Of a DNA stretch of 64,000 bases, positions 9,363 to 17,873 are shown piece after piece. Under the pieces are notes generated by a model, which saw only the letters and a program-made list of their open reading frames with translations, made no database searches and was not told the origin of the DNA. Source of the DNA: Bryobacteraceae bacterium (GTDB taxonomy: Bacteria > Acidobacteriota > Terriglobia > Bryobacterales > Bryobacteraceae); the NCBI GenBank assembly GCA_035714175.1, contig DASTML010000106.1:97045-161044 (forward strand), written 5' to 3'. Positions within the stretch are counted from its first letter, which is position 1. Each line of letters starts with the position of its first letter. Position numbers and translations under genes: made by a program.

Positions 9363-10319
9363 CTACGGGAGCAATGTCCGGAACATGGCAAGAAACTGTT
9401 GCGGATCCGCATTGACGGCAATGCGGGCGTTGGGCCTCGCCCCTTCTACCCGGACGAGGCGGCCCCGTTCGCGAGGCCGTTTGCGAACAGCGAGGGCCAT
9501 CATCCGTTGGGTGGTCAACGGCGGCGCGGCCAGGGACATGGCGGCGAGTACATCCCAGGCGAAGTAGCGGCCGCCACGGATGGCGTCCGTTTCCGCGCGG
9601 AGGAGTTGGAGGACGAGATTGGCGGCCCAATCCTGCGCCTGTTCTTCAAACAATTGCAGGATGGGAGGCCCGATGGGAACGCGGCTGGTAGCGTCCAGGG
9701 GCACGATGCGGACCTGCCAGCCGCCGCCGAGGACGCGCTCGGCGGCCTCCGGGTCCACCCACGCATTCCATTCCGCGGAGGGGGCCTGCGGCACGTTGCC
9801 TGGGACATCCAAAGCGCCTCCCATCCAGACGAGTTCCTGAACGGCGCGGCCGGTGCGCGGTTCGATGGCGACAGCTTGGGCGATGTTGGTGAGCGGCCCG
9901 AGGGCGAGGACACGGACGGGGCGGCGCATGTCGAGCAGGCGGGCCGCGAGAAAGGGAGCGGCGGCACGAGATTCCGGTTTCCGGCGGGCGGGCGGAAGTT
10001 CGTTGCGGAGAAGATGATCCGAAGAGGTCCGCCAAGCGTCCGGGAAGGAGCCTTCGCCTTGCACGGGACGATCCGCGCCGATGTAGACGGGGACGGAGGA
10101 GAGGCCGCCGGCTTCGAGTAGGCGGAGGACGGAGTCAGCTCCCGCGGCGGGATGGGCAAGGCCATGGGAAATGGTGACGGCTTCGATCCGGACGGAGGGT
10201 TGGCGGATAAGCCAAAGGAGGGCAATGAGATCATCGGAACCCGCATCGGTATCCACGATGAGCGGGATCTGGGCAGCCAGGGGGAGGATCAGGAGGTACG
10301 ACAGGGCAAGGATTCGCAT
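9363..10319 (-). CDS. secreted nucleoside hydrolase (inosine/uridine-preferring family)
   Basis: Signal peptide MRILALSYLLILPLAAQ followed by the hallmark DTDAGSDDLIALLWL aspartate cluster. Confidence 0.85.
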   Translation of the reverse strand: MRILALSYLLILPLAAQIPLIVDTDAGSDDLIALLWLIRQPSVRIEAVTISHGLAHPAAGADSVLRLLEAGGLSSVPVYIGADRPVQGEGSFPDAWRTSSDHLLRNELPPARRKPESRAAAPFLAARLLDMRRPVRVLALGPLTNIAQAVAIEPRTGRAVQELVWMGGALDVPGNVPQAPSAEWNAWVDPEAAERVLGGGWQVRIVPLDATSRVPIGPPILQLFEEQAQDWAANLVLQLLRAETDAIRGGRYFAWDVLAAMSLAAPPLTTQRMMALAVRKRPRERGRLVRVEGARPNARIAVNADPQQFLAMFRTLLP

Positions 10320-10391
10320 CGGACACCCTCAAGTTTTGGCGAACCGCAGCCGATGGGTAGGGTGGCAGCGCGGCAGCCGACACCACACAGT

Positions 10392-10610
10392 ATGCGATAC
10401 CTCACTTCCGTTTTGCTTCTTTTCTTTGTCCTGCTTGGTCCGCTGACGCCGCAGGCGCAGGCGGCCAGCGGGAAACGGCGGGCAGCCAAGCAATCCAGCC
10501 TGCCGGAGGTGCGCAAAAAGCCGAAGTATAACCGTAAGCCAAACGTGTACAGCGCCAAGCGAAACCGTCCCCTGGTGGCGCACAAAAAGCACTGGTGGCA
10601 GAAGCGGTAG
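10392..10610 (+). CDS. putative secreted, highly basic 72-aa micro-protein
   Basis: Signal peptide MRYLTSVLLLFFVLLGPLTPQAQA with an AQA|AS cleavage site. The 48-aa mature part has 10 Lys, 7 Arg and 1 Glu by hand count. No recognisable family, and a competing antisense ORF (10289-10882) exists. Confidence 0.45.
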   Translation: MRYLTSVLLLFFVLLGPLTPQAQAASGKRRAAKQSSLPEVRKKPKYNRKPNVYSAKRNRPLVAHKKHWWQKR

Positions 10611-10649
10611 CGCCGTTCCCGGCCAGCTGCCGCGGGGAGTAGAATAGCG

Positions 10650-10673
10650 GAGGAATTTCCAGAAAAATTCCTC
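10650..10673 (+). terminator. perfect 9-bp hairpin/palindrome; either a terminator of the micro-protein gene or an operator upstream of the oxidase gene
   Basis: GAGGAATTT (10650-10658), loop CCAGAA, then AAATTCCTC (10665-10673), followed by TTATATTT. It lies 33 nt upstream of ATG 10706. Confidence 0.35.
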
Positions 10674-10705
10674 TTATATTTCATTCGATTCCGCGAGGCG
10701 AAGCC

Positions 10706-13552
10706 ATGAGCGATTCCAAGAATTCCTGCTGGAACTGTGCCGACGATCCGACGGGCAAGCTGCAACAGATGTTTGTCGATATCGTGCAAGGGGGCCGGAT
10801 TCGGGCCGGACAGTCTCCGGCCAAACGGCCGGTGTTTTTGAAACCGCATGGCGTCGCCCATGGCTGGCTGGAGATGGTACAACCACTCCCGGAAGAGTTG
10901 CAGGTGGGCGTATTCGCTTATCCAAAGCTGAACGCGTGGGTCCGCTTTTCGAGCGATACGCTGCCGAGTTCTCCCGACCTGAAGACAACCTGCGGCATCG
11001 GCATCAAACTGTTCGGCGTGCCGGGCCCGAAGCTATTGGGCGACGGCGATACGCAGGACTTCCTACTACAAAATTTCGATGTTTTTTTCGTAGATACCGC
11101 CGAGGATATGTGTGCATTTACGAAGGCGGGCGTCGTGGACGGCAACTACGATCCCTACTTGCGCACGCATCCGGTGACGAAGAAGATTCTCGACGAGATG
11201 GCGAAGATCGAAGACAGCGTTCTGACGACGACCTATTGGGGCGTGCTGCCGTATGCCTTCGGGAAGGACCGGTACGTCAAGTACAAGCTGGAGCCGGAGA
11301 CGCAGGCAGGCGTACAGCCGCCGACGCAGGACGCGAACTATCTGGCGACTGACCTGCAACGCCGGCTGGCGGCGGGCGAGGCGCGATTCCGATTCCTGGT
11401 GCAGTTCCGTACGAATCCGAAGACGATGCCGCTGGACCGCGCGACGGTACGTTGGGAAGAATCGGCGAGCCAACCGGTGCATGTGGCAACTCTGGTGTTG
11501 CCGCAACAGGATATTGCGGCACTGGGACAGGCAAGCTATGGAGAGAACCTGGCGTTCAACCCTTGGCATTGCCTACCGGAACATGAGCCGCAGGGCAGTA
11601 TTTCGGCAGCGCGCAAGGTGGTTTACGCGGCCAGCGCGGAACAACGGCGGGACGCCAATGGCGTGCCGACACGCGAACCAGGCGAGGCCAGGCCCGCGGC
11701 CGCGTTCACGCCAGTAGAAGATACATGCGTTGTGAAAGCAGCGATCTATCCGCCGATTGGCGTGTGCCGGGTGGGCAATAGCCAGGATGAGTTCTTTGTG
11801 GGCCCGGAAGTGGCCGACCCGGCTCCCCGCGGACCGGAGTTTTACCGGGACAAGAAGGGAGCGCTGAAACGGCAGGCGGCACGGTTCCGGGTGTACGGGT
11901 TGAATGCCGAGGGCAAGCCGGTGTGCGAATTGAACGCATCCAATGCGAAGGTGGACTGGACGGTGCATCTGGTGAACCAGAAGTCGTCGTGGTATCAGTT
12001 CCAACTGGCGCTGGACATTCCGGAAGCGGCTTCGGCTCCACCGACGCTGCTGCGGAATGCGACCGTTTCCGACCGGGCGGCCCTGCGCATCGACCCCGGA
12101 CCGCGGCACATACACGGCAAGAACTCCAAGGGCGGTTCCTCCCGAACGTTCGGTACCGGCAAGTTCATGGGCACGCCGGTATACCTGGGCGAACTGCGCA
12201 CGGATGAGGCAGGCCGGCTGATCGTGTTGGGCGGACGCGGCGTATCAGCGGCCTACGACGGAACGAAAGCCATCACTTTTGCAAATAATGACGGCTGGCA
12301 CGACGATACTTCCGACGGGCCGGTGACGGCGACCGTGGAATACAACGGACAAAAGCTACCCGTGGCTCCGGCGTGGGTGATCGTCGCGCCGCCGAATTAT
12401 GCGCCGCTGCAGAAATCCGTACGAACCATGTGGGACCTGATGCGGGACGTGGCAATCACGGCGAAGACTTTGCCGTGGCCGGCGCGGCCTTCGTTTACTC
12501 GCGATATTCAGCCGCTTTTCGAGCGCATGACGAACCTGCAGTGGGTGAACCAAGGGTTCGCCGCTTCGTTCGGCTGGCGGGGATGGAACAATCTTTCCAC
12601 GCCAGAAGCGCTGGCGCGACTCTCGCAGAGCGATCCGGCCGACCAGGAGTACCGGCAGACCATTGCGAACCAGTTCCGGGTGTTCGCGCGCGATTCCTGG
12701 GCAGCGCAGCCGTGGCCCTGGCTCTACGGAGACGCGATGAACATTCCGCCGGCGCAGACCCCGCGCCAACACGCGAGCCTGACCGACACGCAATTGCGCA
12801 TGCTGCAGCAGTGGGCCAAGGGCGACTTCGATACGGACTACGACCCCGCGGCGCAGCCAGTGCGCGAATTGGAACAAGTGCCGGTGTCCGGGCAACCTGA
12901 CATGTTGACGCGCGCAGCGATGGAGCATTGTCTGGCCGACGCCTTCCATCCCGGATGCGAGATGACGTGGCCGATGCGGACGGCGAGCATGTATGCCGCT
13001 CCGTTCCGGCTGCTGCATGCGGAAGCGGGATGGATAGAGCCGGGCTACGGGGCCGAGATGGGCAGCGATTCGTTGAGCCTGCCGAACGGACCGTTGGCGG
13101 GCCAAGTACCGGGCGGCATTACCCGCTGGATGGCTGTGCCCTGGCAGACGGATACGGCAAGTTGCCGGAGCGGATACCAGATATCATATGACCCGTATGT
13201 CCCAACGTTCTGGCCGGCACGCGTGCCCAACCAGGTGCTTTCCAGAGAGAACTACGACATTGTGATGGACTCCGGGCGGCCGATGGCGGAGCGGATGGAG
13301 GCTTTTGCCAACCGCGCCGATTGGGATGCGCCGCTGGGAGATAAATCGTACACGGACCAGATCAACAATATGATTCACCACTTTGGGGCAATGGGCGTGG
13401 TGGAACAACTGCCGGGGCCGGGTGACGCGGCGTTTCCGGAAACGATGCAGGTGGAACACTTGCCGGGCAACAAACCGCATCCGAAGGTGAAGACGCTAGA
13501 CGTCAGCAAGATCGACAAAGTGCGGCGTTTTGCGCGCGGCCTGCGGGAATGA
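10706..13552 (+). CDS. fusion protein: N-terminal catalase-related haem domain plus C-terminal LodA/GoxA-family cysteine-tryptophylquinone (CTQ) amino-acid oxidase
   Basis: aa ~40-320: RPVFLKPHGVAHG, AWVRFSSD, GIGIKLFGV, QDFLLQNFDVFF and ARKVVYAASAEQRR match the catalase-related pattern with distal His and proximal Tyr. aa ~341-948: AAIYPPIGVCRVGNSQDEFFVGPE (LodA N-terminal hallmark), AFHPGCEMTWP and RWMAVPWQTDTASC (LodA C-terminal region). It is one uninterrupted 948-codon ORF. Confidence 0.85.
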   Translation: MSDSKNSCWNCADDPTGKLQQMFVDIVQGGRIRAGQSPAKRPVFLKPHGVAHGWLEMVQPLPEELQVGVFAYPKLNAWVRFSSDTLPSSPDLKTTCGIGIKLFGVPGPKLLGDGDTQDFLLQNFDVFFVDTAEDMCAFTKAGVVDGNYDPYLRTHPVTKKILDEMAKIEDSVLTTTYWGVLPYAFGKDRYVKYKLEPETQAGVQPPTQDANYLATDLQRRLAAGEARFRFLVQFRTNPKTMPLDRATVRWEESASQPVHVATLVLPQQDIAALGQASYGENLAFNPWHCLPEHEPQGSISAARKVVYAASAEQRRDANGVPTREPGEARPAAAFTPVEDTCVVKAAIYPPIGVCRVGNSQDEFFVGPEVADPAPRGPEFYRDKKGALKRQAARFRVYGLNAEGKPVCELNASNAKVDWTVHLVNQKSSWYQFQLALDIPEAASAPPTLLRNATVSDRAALRIDPGPRHIHGKNSKGGSSRTFGTGKFMGTPVYLGELRTDEAGRLIVLGGRGVSAAYDGTKAITFANNDGWHDDTSDGPVTATVEYNGQKLPVAPAWVIVAPPNYAPLQKSVRTMWDLMRDVAITAKTLPWPARPSFTRDIQPLFERMTNLQWVNQGFAASFGWRGWNNLSTPEALARLSQSDPADQEYRQTIANQFRVFARDSWAAQPWPWLYGDAMNIPPAQTPRQHASLTDTQLRMLQQWAKGDFDTDYDPAAQPVRELEQVPVSGQPDMLTRAAMEHCLADAFHPGCEMTWPMRTASMYAAPFRLLHAEAGWIEPGYGAEMGSDSLSLPNGPLAGQVPGGITRWMAVPWQTDTASCRSGYQISYDPYVPTFWPARVPNQVLSRENYDIVMDSGRPMAERMEAFANRADWDAPLGDKSYTDQINNMIHHFGAMGVVEQLPGPGDAAFPETMQVEHLPGNKPHPKVKTLDVSKIDKVRRFARGLRE

Positions 13553-14577
13553 CATTGGAAGTAGACGTTCTGGTTGTTGGCGCCGGGCCGGCCGGCGCCA
13601 CGGCCGCGTTGAACCTGGCGGGGCGGCGGCGCGTGTTGTTGATTGACTATCGAACGCCAGGTGCGCGGCCGGTGGGGGAATCATTGGCTCCGGCGGCGCG
13701 GCGGTTACTGACGGACATGGGGTTGTGGGAAGAGTTCCAGGCACAGGGCCATGCGCCCTGTTATGGACACCGGTCTGTGTGGGGCGGACCGGAGGTGGTG
13801 GAGGCGGATTCGCTGCGGGATCCGGACGGACCGGGCTGGCATGTGGACCGGGAACGATTCGACGGATGGCTGCGCGATGTGGCGGCGGCGCGCGGGGCGA
13901 TGTGCCTGGCTCCGGCGCGGGTGGAGGGGTTGGAGTGGGATGGAGCGGGATGGGAGGTCCGGATACGGGGGCGGGTGGTGCGGGCGAGGGTGGTGATCGA
14001 CGCGGCGGGACGGTTTGCGCCGGTGGCGAGGCGGCTGGGAGCGAAGCGGGAGACCGATGGACGGTTGATTTGCGCATGGCAGTTGGGGCGGGCGCGGGAA
14101 GCGGAGGGGATGACGTTTGTGGAGGCGGTGCGCGACGGGTGGTGGTATTCGGCTCCCTTGCCGGAAGGCCGGCGTGTGGTGGCCTATCACACCGATCAGG
14201 ATCTGCCGCGCGACGGGGTACAGGGGCCGCATTTGGAATCGCTGTTGCGGGCGTGCGGGTTCGTGCCGGAGGGTGTGCGTCGGCTGATGGTGGCGTCCGG
14301 GGGCATGTCACGGCCATGCGCCGGGCCTGGGTGGTTCGCGGCGGGGGACGCGGCCGTGCGGTTTGACCCGTTATCGGCGCAGGGGATTTTTAATGCGCTG
14401 TATACGGGGTTGGCAGCGGCGTTGTCGGCCGATGAGTGGCTGCGCGGGGACCGGACGGCGGTCCATCGTTATTGCGCGGAGATTGAGTTCATCTTTGGGG
14501 CATATCAGGCGCATTGCCGGCAGTGGTACCGGCTGGAGCGTCGCTGGCCAGCGGCGCTTTTTTGGGCAAGGCGATAG
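13549..14577 (+). CDS. LodB/GoxB-like FAD-dependent flavoprotein (CTQ-biogenesis partner)
   Basis: The start overlaps the oxidase stop (ATGA 13549-13552). DVLVVGAGPAGATAALNLA is a Rossmann GxGxxG motif, and ..GWFAAGDAAVRFDPLSAQGI.. is the FAD-monooxygenase/halogenase-like C-terminal motif. The position immediately 3' of a lodA-like gene matches lodAB/goxAB operons. Confidence 0.8.
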   Translation: MTLEVDVLVVGAGPAGATAALNLAGRRRVLLIDYRTPGARPVGESLAPAARRLLTDMGLWEEFQAQGHAPCYGHRSVWGGPEVVEADSLRDPDGPGWHVDRERFDGWLRDVAAARGAMCLAPARVEGLEWDGAGWEVRIRGRVVRARVVIDAAGRFAPVARRLGAKRETDGRLICAWQLGRAREAEGMTFVEAVRDGWWYSAPLPEGRRVVAYHTDQDLPRDGVQGPHLESLLRACGFVPEGVRRLMVASGGMSRPCAGPGWFAAGDAAVRFDPLSAQGIFNALYTGLAAALSADEWLRGDRTAVHRYCAEIEFIFGAYQAHCRQWYRLERRWPAALFWARR

Positions 14578-14619
14578 TTTCGGGGAACAAACGCCGGCGA
14601 GGCTTCGTCTGCCTTTCCG

Positions 14620-17037
14620 ATGCTTCAGGACTTCCGCTACGCCGGGCGCATGATCCGCCAACATCCGTGGTTCTCGGCGGCTATTATCGGCACGATGGCG
14701 CTTGGGATCGGCGTGAATACGACGGTTTTCACGCTGGTTCATGCGGTGCTGTTGAAGCCGTTGCCGTTTCCGGGGGGCGAGCGGCTGACGATTGCGATGG
14801 CGGTGCAGAAGCCGCGCATCGACAACCGGCGCGGAGTGTCCTATCCGGACTTTCGGGATTTCCGGGAGCAGTCGTCCTCGTTTGAACGGCTGGAGGCGCT
14901 CTATAACTATCCGGTGAATGTGAGCGAGAAAGGCAATCCTCCGGACCGGTACCGCGCGGCGCGCATTACGCCGGGCCTGTTCCCGATGCTGCAAGTGCAA
15001 CCCGTGTTGGGACGAACCTTCCAGGCGCCGGACGGCGTGGCCGGTGCTGAGGACGTGATGCTGATCAGCTACGGCGTTTGGAAGGACCGTTACGGCAAAG
15101 ACCCGGCGGTGATCGGCCGGACGGTACGGGCGAACGAGAAGCCGGCGGTGATTGTAGGCGTGCTGCCGGAGGGGATGCACTTCCCGAACCACGAGGACAT
15201 ATGGACAAACGCGACCCCGACGCCAGAATTGGAGCGCCGGGACAACCGGGCCTTCATGCTGGTCGGCATGCGGAAACCGGGCGTAAGCATCGCCGCGGCG
15301 CAGGCGGACATGGAGCGGATTTCGCGGCAGTTGGAACAGCAGTACCCGGAATCCCACAAAGACTACACGATGACGGTGTTGACGTTCCACGATGCGATGA
15401 ACGGCGGACCGATCCGGCGGGTGTTCCTGCTGATGATGGGCGCGGTGGGGCTAGTGCTGCTGATCGCGTGCGCGAATGTGGCCAACATGCTGCTGGGCCG
15501 GGCGGTGGCGCGGCGGCGGGAGATTTCGATACGGGTGGCGCTGGGCGCAGGCCGGATGCGGATTGTGCGGCAACTGCTGCTGGAAGGTTTGTTGCTGGCC
15601 GGATTGGGCGGGTCGATTGGATTGGCGCTTTCGGTGGGCGCGGTGGATGCGTTTTCCAAGGCCGTGCAGAATGTCGGCAAGCCGTACTGGATTATTTTCG
15701 AGTTGGACTATGTGGTGGCGGGGTACTGCGCGGCGGTCTGCCTGTTTTCCAGTCTGTTATTCGGGCTGGCTCCGGCGCTGCAGGCGACGCGGGTGGATTT
15801 GAACGAATCGCTGAAAGAGGGCGCCAAGAGCTCCGGCGGCGTAAGCACGGGGTATCTTTCGGGAGCGCTGGTGGTGGTGCAGTTTACGCTGGCCGTGGTG
15901 TTGCTGATCGCGGCAGGGTTGATGATCCGGAGTTTCGTGGCGGCGGAGCAGGAATTTGCCGACATGCAGGGAGATCAGATTCTGCAGGCGGACATTAACC
16001 TGCCTGAGGAGAGGTACAAGACCGCCGATGAACGCAGGCGTTTTTTTGAGCAGTTGCTGGCGCGGCTGGCGGCGTTGCCGGGCGTGCGACAGGCGTCGAT
16101 GACGTCGGCGATTCCCGGCAGCGGGACGGGGACGGAGCGGTTCGAGATTGCGGGACAGCCGGTTCCGGAGCATGAACAGCGGCTGATTTCGAATACGGTG
16201 CTTGTGGCTCCAGGATACTTTCAGACGCTCGGAATGCCCCTGGTGCGGGGCAGGGACTTTAATACCTCCGATGGATTGACCGGCAAGGGGGCGGTGCTGG
16301 TGAGCCGCGAATGGGCGGAACGCCATTTCCCGAAGGGTGACCCGATCGGACAGCAGATTCGATTTTTCGATAACAAGAAGCAGCCGAAGGAGTGGATGAC
16401 GATCGTGGGCATTGCGCCGAACATCCGGCAATCCGTTCCAGGTAGGCCTGACTCGGGGGGGCCGGTGATCACCGTGCCGTACAACTGGTACGGGTCCCAC
16501 GGAATGAGCCTGGTGCTGCGGGCGGCGGGGAGCGCCACGGAGATGGCGGGGACGCTGCGGCGCGAGGTGCAGCAAATGGACGGAGACCTGCCGCTGTTCG
16601 ATGTCGCCAGCCTGCAAACGAACATGGTGCGCAACCGATGGCATCTGCGCGTGTTCGGCACGCTGTTTTTCTCCTTCGCGCTGATCGCGCTGGGGATGGC
16701 GGCCGTAGGTATCTATGCGGTTTTGGCGCATGCAACGGGCCAACGGACGCGGGAGATCGGCGTACGGCTGGCACTGGGCGCGGGCGCGGGGACAATCGTG
16801 CGGATGATACTCCGGCGCGGTTTGGTGCAAATCGGAATCGGCATGACGATCGGCCTGACGGCGGCCTATTTTGTCTGCCGGTTAATGGCTTCCCTATTGA
16901 TCAAGGTGTCCCCGACAGACCCGGTTACATTCTGGGCGGTTGGCCTAACACTGTTCGGGGCCGGTCTCGCGGCGTGCCTGATTCCGGCACGCCGCGCCTC
17001 CCGGCTGGATCCGTTGGAAGCCCTGCGCCACGAGTAG
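14620..17037 (+). CDS. ADOP-family duplicated MacB/FtsX-type ABC permease (no ATPase adjacent)
   Basis: N-terminus MLQDFRYAGRMIRQHPWFSAAIIGTMALGIGVNTTVF. There are two MacB_PCD/FtsX modules, each ending in a four-TM block. The C-terminus is ..PARRASRLDPLEALRHE. Confidence 0.9.
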   Translation: MLQDFRYAGRMIRQHPWFSAAIIGTMALGIGVNTTVFTLVHAVLLKPLPFPGGERLTIAMAVQKPRIDNRRGVSYPDFRDFREQSSSFERLEALYNYPVNVSEKGNPPDRYRAARITPGLFPMLQVQPVLGRTFQAPDGVAGAEDVMLISYGVWKDRYGKDPAVIGRTVRANEKPAVIVGVLPEGMHFPNHEDIWTNATPTPELERRDNRAFMLVGMRKPGVSIAAAQADMERISRQLEQQYPESHKDYTMTVLTFHDAMNGGPIRRVFLLMMGAVGLVLLIACANVANMLLGRAVARRREISIRVALGAGRMRIVRQLLLEGLLLAGLGGSIGLALSVGAVDAFSKAVQNVGKPYWIIFELDYVVAGYCAAVCLFSSLLFGLAPALQATRVDLNESLKEGAKSSGGVSTGYLSGALVVVQFTLAVVLLIAAGLMIRSFVAAEQEFADMQGDQILQADINLPEERYKTADERRRFFEQLLARLAALPGVRQASMTSAIPGSGTGTERFEIAGQPVPEHEQRLISNTVLVAPGYFQTLGMPLVRGRDFNTSDGLTGKGAVLVSREWAERHFPKGDPIGQQIRFFDNKKQPKEWMTIVGIAPNIRQSVPGRPDSGGPVITVPYNWYGSHGMSLVLRAAGSATEMAGTLRREVQQMDGDLPLFDVASLQTNMVRNRWHLRVFGTLFFSFALIALGMAAVGIYAVLAHATGQRTREIGVRLALGAGAGTIVRMILRRGLVQIGIGMTIGLTAAYFVCRLMASLLIKVSPTDPVTFWAVGLTLFGAGLAACLIPARRASRLDPLEALRHE

Positions 17038-17394
17038 TTACCAGCGGCCAGGTCCGCCCCGGTAATTGCGATCCCCGTCCCGCGTCTGGCGCGTGATCTC
17101 GTAGTCGAGACGCGCACTCATCTGGGCCAGGCGATCCCGCTCACGCGGCGAGACGCCGTAACCGTTGCGATAAGCGCGGTCGGTAGCGACACGCAGGTCG
17201 CGTTCCATATTCCACAGCCTTTTCGCTTCCCGCGGCGTAATGAGGCCCATGCGTTCGCCGCGAGAGATACGTTCGGCGAAGTTGTTTCGCATGCCGTAGT
17301 TGGCCCCGGGCGAGTAGCCGGGACGGGGTGCACCGTAAGGCTGCGCCGTTAGCATCATTGCTCCGAATATCAGGCTCATCAATAGGCGTTTCAT
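17038..17394 (-). CDS. secreted hypothetical protein
   Basis: Signal peptide MKRLLMSLIFGAMMLTAQP, then an Arg/Asp-rich helical region (PREAKRLWNMERDLR.., SPRERDRLAQMSARLDYEI). Its stop abuts the stop of the convergent permease gene (17035-17040 = TAGTTA). Confidence 0.6.
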   Translation of the reverse strand: MKRLLMSLIFGAMMLTAQPYGAPRPGYSPGANYGMRNNFAERISRGERMGLITPREAKRLWNMERDLRVATDRAYRNGYGVSPRERDRLAQMSARLDYEITRQTRDGDRNYRGGPGRW

Positions 17395-17529
17395 GGATCC
17401 TCCTGGGTACTGTCTTGACTACAACTACATGGGGAGCAAGCGATTTGCCAATCCGCAACTCCTTATTTTTCTATTTCTTAGGCGGTGGATGACTTAGGGG
17501 GTTGGTTGGAATCCACCACCAAGCGTCCA

Positions 17530-17814
17530 CTAGCCGCGCCATAAGAGCCGGACGACAGGAAGAACCACCGCCAGATTGCCCAAAAGGGCGATGAAAGACA
17601 GCCACATCCGCTCTTCTCCCCGCAGGAGAGCGGCGACGGCCGCCGCCGCGCCAAGGGCGCAGACGATGGCCATGCCGAAGAGGAAGAGAACTCCGTTGGC
17701 CATGCGGCCGCCCCAATCGCCCCGCCCGTATTGTGCCGTGGCGAGATAGAGAATCGCCAACCCGCCCACACCGAGCGGGCCGAAGATTGCAATCAGATTC
17801 CAGAAAGACTTCAT
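17530..17814 (-). CDS. small three-TM membrane protein, unknown family
   Basis: 94 aa with hydrophobic helices IAIFGPLGVGGLAILYL, GVLFLFGMAIVCALGAAAAVAAL and LSFIALLGNLAVVLPVV. Confidence 0.55.
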   Translation of the reverse strand: MKSFWNLIAIFGPLGVGGLAILYLATAQYGRGDWGGRMANGVLFLFGMAIVCALGAAAAVAALLRGEERMWLSFIALLGNLAVVLPVVRLLWRG

Positions 17815-17873
17815 CCTGCTCCCTATGGCGCGGCCGCTGGAGCAAGCGAGTCACACCCTTTACACTATTTTGC

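Noticed and set aside
10289-10882. 197-aa minus-strand ORF spanning the micro-protein gene and the start of the oxidase gene
   Set aside because: It overlaps two better-supported genes and the palindrome, and it has no signal, TM or domain signature. It remains the main alternative if the 72-aa ORF proves spurious.
13496-14317. 273-aa Pro/Ala/Arg-rich ORF antisense to the LodB-like gene
   Set aside because: Its low-complexity PxxP/Arg composition is typical of the reverse frame of GC-rich coding DNA. It lies entirely inside a gene with a clear FAD-binding signature.
14371-16830. Long minus-strand ORFs (14371-15390, 15757-16830) antisense to the ADOP permease
   Set aside because: These Arg/His/Pro-rich shadow ORFs are a consequence of high GC content. 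The plus strand encodes a complete duplicated MacB/FtsX permease.
17484-17517. GGTGGAT / ATCCACC inverted repeat downstream of the 94-aa membrane-protein gene, considered as a terminator
   Set aside because: The stem is only 7 bp with a 20-nt loop. The T-rich tract lies on the wrong side for the minus-strand gene, which would get an A-tail.
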